From Nitrospirota bacterium (GTDB lineage Bacteria > Nitrospirota > Thermodesulfovibrionia > UBA6902), in NCBI GenBank assembly GCA_040758255.1, contig JBFLVX010000001.1, positions 132 through 64,131 on the forward strand: a stretch of DNA of 64,000 nt, read 5' to 3'. This document shows positions 1 to 8,818 of this stretch, piece after piece. The first letter of the stretch is position 1. Every line of letters starts with the position of its first letter. The translations under genes were made by a program, and so were the position numbers. Under the pieces are notes generated by a model, which did no database searches, was not told the DNA's origin, and saw only the letters and a list, made by a program, of their open reading frames with translations.

Positions 1-138
1 CATAATATTGACAAGCTTATAACTATAGCACAAGAGTTATGAAAAAAGATGAGCTAAGATTAAGAGAATATATATTTGTGTTAGTAGAATTTGAGACCCC
101 CAAAAAAGTCGGTTGGAGTTTTCTATATCTCCGTTAGG

Positions 139-321
139 TTATAACTCCCCGCAGTCCTTCCGCACTTGTCGGAACGACTCGTCCCGATATGCGGAAACCA
201 CTCCTTGATACCCGCAGATGGCGCAGAATTCATCAAGAATAACAGCTTTCCCCTTGCGACAGGCTCTCTTGTCCCGTAAGTATATGGCCTCAAGATACCC
301 CCTTTTGGATCGTGAATTCAT
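139..321 (-). CDS. small Cys-containing hypothetical protein (60 aa), possible zinc-ribbon/HNH-like fragment
   Basis: ORF with CxxxxG...CAICGY cysteine pairs; no confident family match; sits in an AT-rich edge region. Confidence 0.2.
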   Translation of the reverse strand: MNSRSKRGYLEAIYLRDKRACRKGKAVILDEFCAICGYQGVVSAYRDESFRQVRKDCGEL

Positions 322-476
322 AATGTTCTCCTTTTAACTGCATGTTTTTTCAGTAACATGCATTATGAGTCAACGATATGTTTTACTTCTACTTGCGGTA
401 ACATTTTTTATGAGGTAGTTTAGATGGCAATTCGTTGTACATTGCTTGATAGCTGATATCTCTTTATAATAAAACA

Positions 477-2063
477 ATGAAGAATATCCTCCGCCGCGCT
501 GCCCGCTCAATAACAGCGAAACTTATAGCCGCCGTAGGCTTGTTGATGATTGCGGGAAGCCTTATATTCTGGTACGCCATTCTGTACAAACAGGAAAAGG
601 ATATCATGTCAATAGCTGTAAAGTACGGCGTCTCTTTTATTGATTTTGTAAAAGAGAGCACACGCTACGGCATGCTCACCCGCCACAGATCAGATATTCA
701 GCAGACTCTTGAAGATATAGATCTGGCGGAAGGCGTTGAGAGGGTGCGTATCTTTGACCATACAGGAAAGATATTCTACTCTACCGATAGGCAGGATATA
801 GGCAATTCAGTGACAAAGACTTCCCTACCATGCAATGGGTGCCATTCAGACATTGAAAAATCATCTCAACTCCTCAAGGAGCCAAAGAAATGGGATAATT
901 ACAAAAAACCTGACGGGGTCACCGCCCTGAAACTCGTTGAGCCTATTTACAATGAGCCTGCCTGTTACACTGCCGACTGTCACGCGCACCGGGAAGGGCA
1001 GAAGATATTAGGCTTTGTAGAGGCTGACGCTTCGCTTGCTCTTCTTGACGAAGCCATGCTAAAACAGGAGTTAGCCGCAGCCGCATACGTGATCGTCTTC
1101 CTGCTGATGCTCTCCATAAGCATAGTTGTCATACTTTGGAAAATAGTCGCTAAGCCTGTCGGTGAGCTTTCTTACGGGATAAAGAAGGTATCCTCCGGAG
1201 ACCTTGATCATTCAGTTCCCGTAAAATCAAGAGATGAGATAGGATTGCTGGCGGCTTCGCTCAATTCCATGATAAAAGATCTGAAAGCTGCAAGGGATCA
1301 GAAGAATACATGGAGGCAGACACTTGAGGCAGAGGTCTCAAAAAAGGCTGAAGAGATACAGAAGACACATTGCGGCTTTTTGCAAACAGAAAAACTCGCA
1401 TCCCTCGGCAGGATGGCATCGGGGATAGCAAACGAGCTTAATATTCCCTTAAAGGAACTACTCGATTCCGCGCATTCATTAAAGAAGCGGCTCCCTTCCG
1501 GAAGCCCTGAGGCGGAAGACGTTGATGTAATAATTGAGCAGGCCGCGAGGGCTGAGAAGATAATAAGCAATTTTCATGACTTTACGAACGCAAAACCGTC
1601 CGAAAAAGGCAGTGTAGATATTTGCGCTCTGCTAAACAGGACAATATTCATCATAAAGAACCAGAAGAAGTTCCGTAATATCAGGATCAATGTTCTCACA
1701 GACGAGATACCTCTCTTTCCCTGCGGCGACCCCTCCCAGTTTCAACAGGTTTTTCTGAATATGCTTGTGAACGCTGCCGATGCCATGAATGAGACGGGTG
1801 AGATAACTGTTGAAATACGCAAAATAACGGAAGATGCGAAATCATATGTTGAAATAAATTTTACAGACACGGGTCCGGGGATAAAGGACGAGGATATGCC
1901 GAGATTATTTGAGCCGTTCTTCACAACCAAATCAACAGGGGAAAACACAGGGCTGGGGCTCTCTGTCAGTCACGGCATTGTCAAGCATCTTGGAGGATAT
2001 ATTAAGGTATTAAGCGAGATTGGCAAAGGCGCTACGTTTTCTGTTAGACTTCCGTTAACTTGA
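477..2063 (+). CDS. sensor histidine kinase: two TM helices flanking a periplasmic domain with a heme-c binding motif, then HAMP, HisKA and HATPase_c
   Basis: TM1 LIAAVGLLMIAGSLIFWYAILY and TM2 VIVFLLMLSISIVVILWKIV. Periplasmic segment contains CNGCH (canonical CXXCH) and CYTADCH (CX4CH variant). HAMP-like DEIGLLAASLNSMIKDL. H-box LASLGRMASGIANELNIPL. G-boxes DTGPGI and GLGLSVSHGIV. Confidence 0.85.
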   Translation: MKNILRRAARSITAKLIAAVGLLMIAGSLIFWYAILYKQEKDIMSIAVKYGVSFIDFVKESTRYGMLTRHRSDIQQTLEDIDLAEGVERVRIFDHTGKIFYSTDRQDIGNSVTKTSLPCNGCHSDIEKSSQLLKEPKKWDNYKKPDGVTALKLVEPIYNEPACYTADCHAHREGQKILGFVEADASLALLDEAMLKQELAAAAYVIVFLLMLSISIVVILWKIVAKPVGELSYGIKKVSSGDLDHSVPVKSRDEIGLLAASLNSMIKDLKAARDQKNTWRQTLEAEVSKKAEEIQKTHCGFLQTEKLASLGRMASGIANELNIPLKELLDSAHSLKKRLPSGSPEAEDVDVIIEQAARAEKIISNFHDFTNAKPSEKGSVDICALLNRTIFIIKNQKKFRNIRINVLTDEIPLFPCGDPSQFQQVFLNMLVNAADAMNETGEITVEIRKITEDAKSYVEINFTDTGPGIKDEDMPRLFEPFFTTKSTGENTGLGLSVSHGIVKHLGGYIKVLSEIGKGATFSVRLPLT

Positions 2064-2173
2064 AGTACAATTAACCACTGAGAGCACGGAGGAGATATAT
2101 TGACAGCAAAAGAGGGAAAGTATTATTTCACCACAGTGGGCACAGAGAAAAAGAATTTTAGATTTTTAAAAAG

Positions 2174-2243
2174 CTCTGCGAACTCTGTAGTTGCTTCTTC
2201 TATGTTTTTTAAAATCAAAACTGTCTCTGTGAACTCTGTGGTT
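2174..2243. promoter_or_regulatory. two copies of a 19-bp direct repeat (ctctgYgaactctgtRgtt) about 50 bp apart, immediately upstream of the HK-like ATPase/DRTGG/PHP operon
   Basis: Seen directly: 2174-2192 ctctgcgaactctgtagtt and 2225-2243 ctctgtgaactctgtggtt, 17/19 identical. They lie between the histidine kinase stop and the start at 2265. Confidence 0.3.
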
Positions 2244-2264
2244 TTATTTTAAGGATTAAGGGAT

Positions 2265-2711
2265 ATGGATATAAACCGGACAATTGAAGGGAGTTTTCAG
2301 CTAATTGGAGGGGAGTTTACTAACGCCGGCGAATCATCAATGCAGCTTAAACAAAAGCTTACAGAGATTGAATTAGGCAGAGACATTATAAAGAAGGCTG
2401 CGATTGTGGCCTTTGAGGCAGAGATGAATGTAATAATTCATGCGGCTGCCGGGTGGCTGCGTTACTATATAACCAAAGATGAATTAAGGATCGTTATAGA
2501 GGATATGGGGCCGGGCATTGCAGATATTGAACTCGCGATGAAGGAGGGCTATTCCACCGCGCCCGAATGGGTAAAAAATATGGGGTGGGGAGCCGGTATG
2601 GGCATGGCAAACATGAAGAGGAATTGCGACGTAATGAGAGTTGATTCGGTTGTCGGAGAAGGAACAACTATTGATATTATTATAAATCTCACTAAAGGAG
2701 AAATTATATGA
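2265..2711 (+). CDS. histidine kinase-like ATPase (anti-sigma regulatory factor / GHKL fold), hydrogenase/NuoEFG-cluster associated type
   Basis: HATPase-like motifs EDMGPGI and VVGEGTTIDIII; small size of 148 aa; overlaps downstream DRTGG gene, so operon. Confidence 0.7.
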   Translation: MDINRTIEGSFQLIGGEFTNAGESSMQLKQKLTEIELGRDIIKKAAIVAFEAEMNVIIHAAAGWLRYYITKDELRIVIEDMGPGIADIELAMKEGYSTAPEWVKNMGWGAGMGMANMKRNCDVMRVDSVVGEGTTIDIIINLTKGEII

Positions 2712-3067
2712 AGCTCCAGGATCTGGCGGATAAATTATTTTTACATGCTGTGTCTTACGATAAAGGTCTCAGTAAAGATGTCTCCGGAGGTTACGTAAGC
2801 GACCTGCTCTCTGATGTGCTCGCAAATTGCGCAGAAGGCAGCGTCTGGATTACACTGCAGAAGCATACGAATATAGTGGCTGTTGCAAGCCTGAAGAACC
2901 TCGCAGGGATAATTATTGTCGGGGGAAGAGAGCTTGAAGAAGAGGTATTAAAGCAGGCCGAGGCTAAGGAAGTCACAATTATGACAACCCCTATGTCCGC
3001 CTTTGAAACAACAGGCATGATCTACCAGCTTCTGAATGAAAACAAAGGGTCTGAAGAAAGTTGCTGA
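2708..3067 (+). CDS. DRTGG domain protein
   Basis: IIIVGGRELEEEVLKQAEAKEVTIMTTPMSAFETTGMIYQL matches the DRTGG signature; 4-bp overlap with the upstream gene. Confidence 0.65.
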   Translation: MKLQDLADKLFLHAVSYDKGLSKDVSGGYVSDLLSDVLANCAEGSVWITLQKHTNIVAVASLKNLAGIIIVGGRELEEEVLKQAEAKEVTIMTTPMSAFETTGMIYQLLNENKGSEESC

Positions 3068-3804
3068 AAGAATTCAGGGCAGACCTGCACATTCACACAT
3101 GCCTCTCCCCATGCGCTGATCTTCATATGACCCCTTCAGCGATAGTGAAGAACGCCTCTGAAAACGGGCTTGATATCATAGCCATAACCGATCACAATTC
3201 AGCGGAGAACATTATTGGAACAAAGAAAGCCGCTGAAGGTGCAGGCTTAACAGTGCTTGCCGGTATGGAAGTCACCTCCTCAGAAGAGGTTCATATATTA
3301 GCGCTCTTCGATGACATAAAAGACGCTTTAAAACTGCAGGACATTGTATATAAACACCTCGCGTCAGACAGAGATTATGACGGCGGATTGGGCGAGCAGG
3401 TGGTGGTCAATGAAAAGGACGAGGTGATGGGTTTTAACAAGCATCTGCTTATAGGCGCAACATCTTTGACCACTCTATCTATTGTTAATATTATACATTC
3501 TCTTGGAGGGCTTTCCATCGCCTCTCATATTGACAGAGAAGGTTTCGGGATAATCTCCAAGCTTGGTTTTATACCGAAGGATTTGAACTTCGACGCTCTT
3601 GAAATATCCCCAAATACAGATAAAGAAAAAGCAGAAGGTTTATTCAGAGATTACAAATCCTTTCAATGGATCTCTTCCTCAGATGCGCATTATATTGAAG
3701 ATATAGGGAAAAGGAGAACAAGCTTCTTCATAAAAGAAGCAACATTAGCGGAAATGAGAGGAGCTTTAAGAAATACCGGCGGCAGAAGAGTTGAATGGGA
3801 ATAA
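3061..3804 (+). CDS. PHP-domain (polymerase/histidinol phosphatase-like) metal-dependent phosphoesterase
   Basis: N-terminal ADLHIHTCLSPCADLHMTPSAIVKNASENGLDIIAITDHNS with HxH and DH metal ligands typical of PHP domains. Confidence 0.75.
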   Translation: MLKEFRADLHIHTCLSPCADLHMTPSAIVKNASENGLDIIAITDHNSAENIIGTKKAAEGAGLTVLAGMEVTSSEEVHILALFDDIKDALKLQDIVYKHLASDRDYDGGLGEQVVVNEKDEVMGFNKHLLIGATSLTTLSIVNIIHSLGGLSIASHIDREGFGIISKLGFIPKDLNFDALEISPNTDKEKAEGLFRDYKSFQWISSSDAHYIEDIGKRRTSFFIKEATLAEMRGALRNTGGRRVEWE

Positions 3805-3948
3805 AAGAGACTTTATCAGGGCAGAGACCAAGTGCTTTTCAGCATTACAGAGAAAAATTTGAACTATTTCTTCTAAGTAAACGCCCTAAATGATAGACAT
3901 TGATTGCAATGGACAATCCCCTGATACAATATGCCGGGGAGAGGAAAA

Positions 3949-5556
3949 TTATCCGCCCTTCTTCCAGTAAGGGCTTGAGATATCTTCAAACACAGTAAGC
4001 GCTGCGACCGCTCCCTGCGAAACAGCGGTAACGATCTGCTTGACCCCTCCGGTGATATCCCCCGCTGCATATACAAGGGGCATGGATGTCCTCATGTGCC
4101 CGTCAACTTTCACATAACCTTCTTCGTCAAGTTCCAGCCCGATTTTCTTCGCTAAATCGTTATTGGGTTCATAACCTATTGCTATAAAAACGCCCTGTGC
4201 CGCCATATCCCTCTTATTCCCCGTTATTATGTCTTCAATCGTGACTTTTTCAACAACCGTTTTACCGTGGATTTCCTTCACAACACTGTTAAACAGAACA
4301 GGTATGTTCCTCTGAAACACACTCTGTTGAAGTCTCTCTTCAGCCCTGAAAGTATCTCTGCGGTGCACTAATGTCACATGCGCGCCGAGGCTGTCAAGAT
4401 AAAGGGCATCGGTCAAAGCGCTGTTCCCTCCGCCAACAACAATGACGTTCTTCCCGTCCTTAAAAAGGTATCCGTCACATGTAGCGCAATAGCTGACTCC
4501 CCTGCCCGCAAGGCTGGTCTCACCTGACGCATTGAGCGTCCTGCTGCCAGCGCCGGTTGCTATGATAATCGCCCTGGCATTGTATATTCCCCTTCCCGTA
4601 GCTACTTCAAAACCGTCTTTCTTTTTCTTTATCTCACTTACCCCGACTCCCTGAAGAAGGAGAGAGTATTCCAGTGTCTGTTTTACCATCATATCAACAA
4701 GCGTCCTGCCCGCGATCCTTGCAAAGCCGGGGTAATTTTCAACTACCGGGGTTATTGATATCTGCCCCCCGGCATTCGCGCTTTCAAACACTATGCTCTT
4801 AAGTCCGCTCCTCTCCGCGTACATGGCGGCTGTGAGTCCCGCGGGGCCTCCACCGATCACAACAATATCGTAATCCCTGAGATCCTGCCTTCCGGCGGGC
4901 ATGACATACTCTACGGGTTTTCCTTCAACTATGGACTCTATGAAATAATCCTCAGGGAGGAGCCCCGGCGCAATCAGTGTTTCACCGACAAAAGTTTTAG
5001 GAACGGACATAGCAGCATATTTTTCAGCAAGGTCCAAGTTCTCATAAATCTCAATAATCTCAACCGAAACCATATCTTTCTTCTCTATTACTGCCGATAC
5101 CGCATAGAGCACCTGCTGCGGACAGTAAGGACAGGTAGGGCTGACAAAGACGCGGACCTTCCTTTTTTCTGTAAGCCTCTCAAGCCGCTTTCTTGAATCA
5201 TCCGAAATAAAGTTCCTCCCCGTTGACGCCATTATTAAAGAGAGGACAAATGAACCGGCCTCTTCGCCTGCGGGAGCTCCGGTATAACGAATATTGTACT
5301 TATCAGGCGCTATAAGGATTGTAGGAGACCTTTCAATCCCGCGCTTCCTGGCGTGATCGTCCTTGAGCCTGTAAAAGTTCACCTTGATCTTGTCCGTAAG
5401 CTCGGGCATGACTTTCAGCAGGCTCACCGCAGCTTCATTGAACGGCTCATTCATACCCGCCTGAGTATAGACCTCGATCAGGACAGTATCTTTAAGCTGT
5501 TTAAACGCCTCACGCAGCGACCTCTTAATGTCTTCGTTGATAAGCTCTTTTTCCAT
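3949..5556 (-). CDS. AhpF-like NAD(P)H disulfide oxidoreductase: N-terminal thioredoxin/glutaredoxin-fold domain fused to a thioredoxin-reductase-like FAD/NAD(P) domain
   Basis: N-terminal CPYCP redox motif; FAD GxGxxG (IVVIGGGPAGLTAA); second dinucleotide fold VIVVGGGNSALTDA; redox-active CATCDG disulfide typical of TrxB/AhpF. Confidence 0.8.
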   Translation of the reverse strand: MEKELINEDIKRSLREAFKQLKDTVLIEVYTQAGMNEPFNEAAVSLLKVMPELTDKIKVNFYRLKDDHARKRGIERSPTILIAPDKYNIRYTGAPAGEEAGSFVLSLIMASTGRNFISDDSRKRLERLTEKRKVRVFVSPTCPYCPQQVLYAVSAVIEKKDMVSVEIIEIYENLDLAEKYAAMSVPKTFVGETLIAPGLLPEDYFIESIVEGKPVEYVMPAGRQDLRDYDIVVIGGGPAGLTAAMYAERSGLKSIVFESANAGGQISITPVVENYPGFARIAGRTLVDMMVKQTLEYSLLLQGVGVSEIKKKKDGFEVATGRGIYNARAIIIATGAGSRTLNASGETSLAGRGVSYCATCDGYLFKDGKNVIVVGGGNSALTDALYLDSLGAHVTLVHRRDTFRAEERLQQSVFQRNIPVLFNSVVKEIHGKTVVEKVTIEDIITGNKRDMAAQGVFIAIGYEPNNDLAKKIGLELDEEGYVKVDGHMRTSMPLVYAAGDITGGVKQIVTAVSQGAVAALTVFEDISSPYWKKGG

Positions 5557-5644
5557 AAGTACTATTTTATCAAAAATATCCGTAATCCTGCGTTATTCAC
5601 AGCGCAACTGTTTTTCAATGGCAGGGGAGAGATGATAAGCAAAA

Positions 5645-5674
5645 AAGGGGAATAAACCGTGGTTTATTCCCCTT
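5645..5674 (-). terminator. intrinsic-terminator-like hairpin (about 13-bp GC-containing stem followed by U-rich tract on the minus strand) inside the 5' leader of the AhpF-like gene
   Basis: Seen directly: AAGGGGAATAAACC / GGTTTATTCCCCTT perfect inverted repeat, followed on the minus strand by TTTTGCTTATC. It sits about 90 nt upstream of the ATG at 5556 with no upstream minus-strand gene to terminate. Confidence 0.45.
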
Positions 5675-5909
5675 GCGTAACATACAAGTTGCCTATTAAC
5701 TATTTGTTACGGTATCACCTCAAAGGCGTCAAGGTCTATTAAATTTATTTGAAATTTTGCAGTTAATAAAAAATAGTGTTATAAAAATAGCATAGCTCTA
5801 TATGTATTTTGTCAACAAATATTTACCAAAAAAATTAAAATAAAAGTCAACAGGGTTGCGTCTTGAATCGTGCGTGACTAATTATAAAAATTTGGACTGC
5901 ATTAAATTT

Positions 5910-6461
5910 ATGGAAGACCTGTCCCTTCACATCCTTGACATCGTAGAAAACTCGATAACCGCAGGAGCTGCAAATATACGGATAAAGATCAATGAAGATA
6001 CCGGAGAGAACCTTCTTCTTATAGAGATAAGCGATAATGGCAAAGGCATGGATGAGGAGATGCTTAAAAATGCCCTCGACCCTTTTCATACCACAAGGAC
6101 AACCCGCAACGTAGGGCTCGGCATCCCCTTTCTTGCGGATGCGGCAAGGGATACCGGCGGGGATATTGCCATAAAGTCTGTGAAGGGAGAAGGCACAACC
6201 ATTACCGCAACTTTCCGGCATGATCATATTGACAGAAAGCCTCTTGGAGATATTGGGAAGACCCTGATAGTAATTATCGCCTCCAACCCTGACATTGATA
6301 TTCTCTTTGAGTATAAAAAAAACAATTCTGAATATATGCTGGATACGGCAGAGATAAAGAAGGATCTGGACGGCGTCCCGATAAATACGCCGGGGGTAAT
6401 AAAGGCTATTGAAAATGATTTAAAAGAATGGTTTAATAGTACCAACCTTATGATAAAATAG
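5910..6461 (+). CDS. second histidine kinase-like ATPase (GHKL fold) of the cluster
   Basis: LHILDIVENSITAGA N-box-like, DNGKGMD, GLGIPF, VKGEGTTITATF G-boxes. The supplied ORF starts at a TTG at 5856; the ATG at 5910 is the more likely start. Confidence 0.65.
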   Translation: MEDLSLHILDIVENSITAGAANIRIKINEDTGENLLLIEISDNGKGMDEEMLKNALDPFHTTRTTRNVGLGIPFLADAARDTGGDIAIKSVKGEGTTITATFRHDHIDRKPLGDIGKTLIVIIASNPDIDILFEYKKNNSEYMLDTAEIKKDLDGVPINTPGVIKAIENDLKEWFNSTNLMIK

Positions 6462-6526
6462 TACGACGCGTGATGATAAATTTTTAAGTTGCAGGCGTCG
6501 AAAGGCCTGCCGTAAGAGCAAAGACT

Positions 6527-7294
6527 ATGGAAAAACAGCGCATCTTAGTGCTTGATGACGACCCTGTTGTAACCCTGAGCTGCAAGAGGATTCTCAGCTC
6601 CGAGGGCTTCATCATCTCCACAGTGGAAAAAGGAGAAGACGCCCTCAATAAATTAGCTAAAGAGGATTTTGACCTCTTAATAACCGATGTAAAACTTCCC
6701 GATATAAGCGGGATGGAGGTCCTTAAAGAGGCTCGCATAATAAAGCCAAATACGGATGTGGTGATAATTACCGGCTATCCTAACCTTGAAGACGCAAAGG
6801 AATCAACAGGGCTCGGAGCCGCTGAATACATAGAGAAACCATTTACTCCTGACTTCATGATAAATGTCGCAAAGAAGGTCTTTGACAAGAGGGGATGGAT
6901 ACTCAGGCAGGCGTTTGTTGATGAATTCAGGGACTCTGTCGTATCGTTAAGGGACAGGGAAAATCCGGTCCTCTTTTATAAAGAAGGCACATGGTCAAGG
7001 CCCATTAAGGGCGGATTATGGGAGATGGGATGCGACCTCAGGTATTGGCTTCTGAGCGGGGAGCTTGCGTATGTTGATTTTATAAAAGGCGTTGATGAAC
7101 TGAAAGCCGGAGAACCGTTTGCAAGGATCTACACAAGCGCCGGACAATCCAATGAACTGCTTTCGCCTATGAGCGCAGAGATCAGAGAAGTGAATGTAAA
7201 AGCAAATGATGTCATGACCGCCCTGCTTAAAGAGCATTTGTCGGAAGGGTGGTTATTGTGGCTGGCAAGGGTATTTCCAAAAGGTAACGATTAA
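6527..7294 (+). CDS. response-regulator receiver domain fused to a glycine-cleavage-H-like (GcvH-fold) domain that lacks the lipoyl-lysine
   Basis: REC motifs: LVLDDDPVV, phospho-acceptor D in DLLITDVKLP, KP in IEKPF. The C-terminal 120 aa align by eye to GcvH (Y.KE..W, VDF..G..L.AGEP.A.I.S..........P.S.EI.EVN, GWLLWLA) but have SAGQS where the lipoylated K sits. Confidence 0.7.
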   Translation: MEKQRILVLDDDPVVTLSCKRILSSEGFIISTVEKGEDALNKLAKEDFDLLITDVKLPDISGMEVLKEARIIKPNTDVVIITGYPNLEDAKESTGLGAAEYIEKPFTPDFMINVAKKVFDKRGWILRQAFVDEFRDSVVSLRDRENPVLFYKEGTWSRPIKGGLWEMGCDLRYWLLSGELAYVDFIKGVDELKAGEPFARIYTSAGQSNELLSPMSAEIREVNVKANDVMTALLKEHLSEGWLLWLARVFPKGND

Positions 7295-7531
7295 TCTTGT
7301 CCTTTAGCATTAATTGATACCTTGAATTTAACCCGGATAATGCAGATATTGCTCAATAACTTGTTTAACTCGATGATTTTTTTATTTGATTATTATATTA
7401 TGCATATGGCGTTAATTAAAAATATGCGCTGTTATAAAGATTAAATTCGATTAAGGTATCGAAAAACAAGTTCTTTCCCAACATCTGCATTATCTTAAAT
7501 GCTTTGATTTGGGAATTATACTGGAAGAACT

Positions 7532-8401
7532 ATGGCGGATAACGGGAAGATACTCGTTGTAGATGATGAACCGATAGTATTAAGGAGCTGTGAGAGGATA
7601 CTGAAATCGGAAGGGTACAGTATCGCCCTCGCCGCAGGCGGGCAGGAGGCGATAAATATCCTTCAAAAGGACGATTACGATCTGGTGATCACTGACCTGA
7701 AGATGCCTGAAGTTGACGGCATTGACTTGATAAAATGGCTGAGAAACTCAAAGCCGGCAACCGGGGTAGTTGTCATAACCGGCCATCCCTCGCAGGAGAC
7801 CATTAAAGATGCGCTTAATTTAGGCATAATTGACTACCTGCCGAAACCCTTTACCCCTCCGGTGCTTATAGATGTCACTGCAAAGGCCATGAAGATTACA
7901 ATGGTCAGGGCCTTGCCGGAAAAGACTCCTGAAGAGGATGAAGTTGAATCTAAGACCGCTGATCTTGAGAAGATCATAGCTGCAAACCGTAACAGGCCCG
8001 GAAGCCTTATCCCTGTTTTGCAGAAGGCTCAGGAGTTGATAGGATATCTCCCGCCGTCCGTTCAGAGGCATATAGCAAAAGGCCTGAATATTCCGGTCAG
8101 CGAAGTGCACGGCGTTGTCTCTTTCTATTCATTCTTCACAATGAAACCAAAAGGCAGGCATAGCGTAAAGGTTTGCCTTGGAACAGCCTGCTACGTAAAG
8201 AGGGCTGAAGAGATAATCGAAAAATTAAAAGCTACATTAAATATAAATGTCGGCGAGGTTACAAAAGACAGGAGATTCTCTCTTGAGAGTGTCAGGTGTC
8301 TCGGTGCATGCGGGCTGGCGCCAGTGGTCGTGATTGATCATGATACGCATGCATCTGTTGACCCTGTAAAGACTCCGGAGATACTTAAAGAATATGATTA
8401 A
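7532..8401 (+). CDS. response-regulator receiver domain fused to a NuoE/HoxE-like thioredoxin-fold [2Fe-2S] subunit (HndA-like)
   Basis: REC: VVDDEPIV, DLVITDLKMP, LPKPF. C-terminus: CLGTACYVKRAEEI ... VRCLGACGLAPVV, the four-Cys pattern of the 24-kDa NuoE family. Confidence 0.8.
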   Translation: MADNGKILVVDDEPIVLRSCERILKSEGYSIALAAGGQEAINILQKDDYDLVITDLKMPEVDGIDLIKWLRNSKPATGVVVITGHPSQETIKDALNLGIIDYLPKPFTPPVLIDVTAKAMKITMVRALPEKTPEEDEVESKTADLEKIIAANRNRPGSLIPVLQKAQELIGYLPPSVQRHIAKGLNIPVSEVHGVVSFYSFFTMKPKGRHSVKVCLGTACYVKRAEEIIEKLKATLNINVGEVTKDRRFSLESVRCLGACGLAPVVVIDHDTHASVDPVKTPEILKEYD

Positions 8402-8428
8402 CTTTTTGGCCTCATCAACACCAGGAGT

Positions 8429-8818
8429 TTGACAATGGCAAGATTAAAGATAGAAGATCTGCAAAGAATCAAGGATGAGCATAAGGCAGCTTCCACATTA
8501 AGAGAGGGCGGCTTCAGGGTAAAGATCACAGTGCACATGGGCACATGCGGCCTCGCGGCAGGAGCAAGAAATATAATGAGCGCATTGCTGGATGAGATTG
8601 AAAAGAGCGGCGTCACCGATGTCATTGCAACAACCTCGGGCTGCGCAGGGCTCTGCAGCCGCGAACCGATGGCAACAATAGAGGTAATCAACCAGCCGCC
8701 GGTCAAGTATGGATCTTTAACAGAGGATAAGATACGCAGAATATTTAAAGAGCATATTATCGGCGGGAATATTATTGAGGAATATGCGCTTGTTATAGGG
8801 AGCGAAACAGCGTATTAA
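8429..8818 (+). CDS. small thioredoxin-like [2Fe-2S] ferredoxin (HndB-like)
   Basis: VHMGTCGLAAGA ... TSGCAGLCSREP cysteine arrangement of NuoE-like 2Fe-2S domains; 129 aa; positioned between NuoE-like and NuoF-like genes as in hnd/hyd operons. Confidence 0.7.
   Translation: MTMARLKIEDLQRIKDEHKAASTLREGGFRVKITVHMGTCGLAAGARNIMSALLDEIEKSGVTDVIATTSGCAGLCSREPMATIEVINQPPVKYGSLTEDKIRRIFKEHIIGGNIIEEYALVIGSETAY

Noticed and set aside
425-448. Possible sigma-54 promoter (TGGCAA...TTGCTT) upstream of the histidine kinase, and a similar attempt at 7400-7430
   Set aside because: Spacing between the GG and GC elements does not fit the GG-N10-GC rule on closer inspection.
5847-6227. 126-aa minus-strand ORF overlapping the second HK-like ATPase gene
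   Set aside because: Opposite strand to a frame with clear HATPase motifs; Cys-rich nonsense composition.
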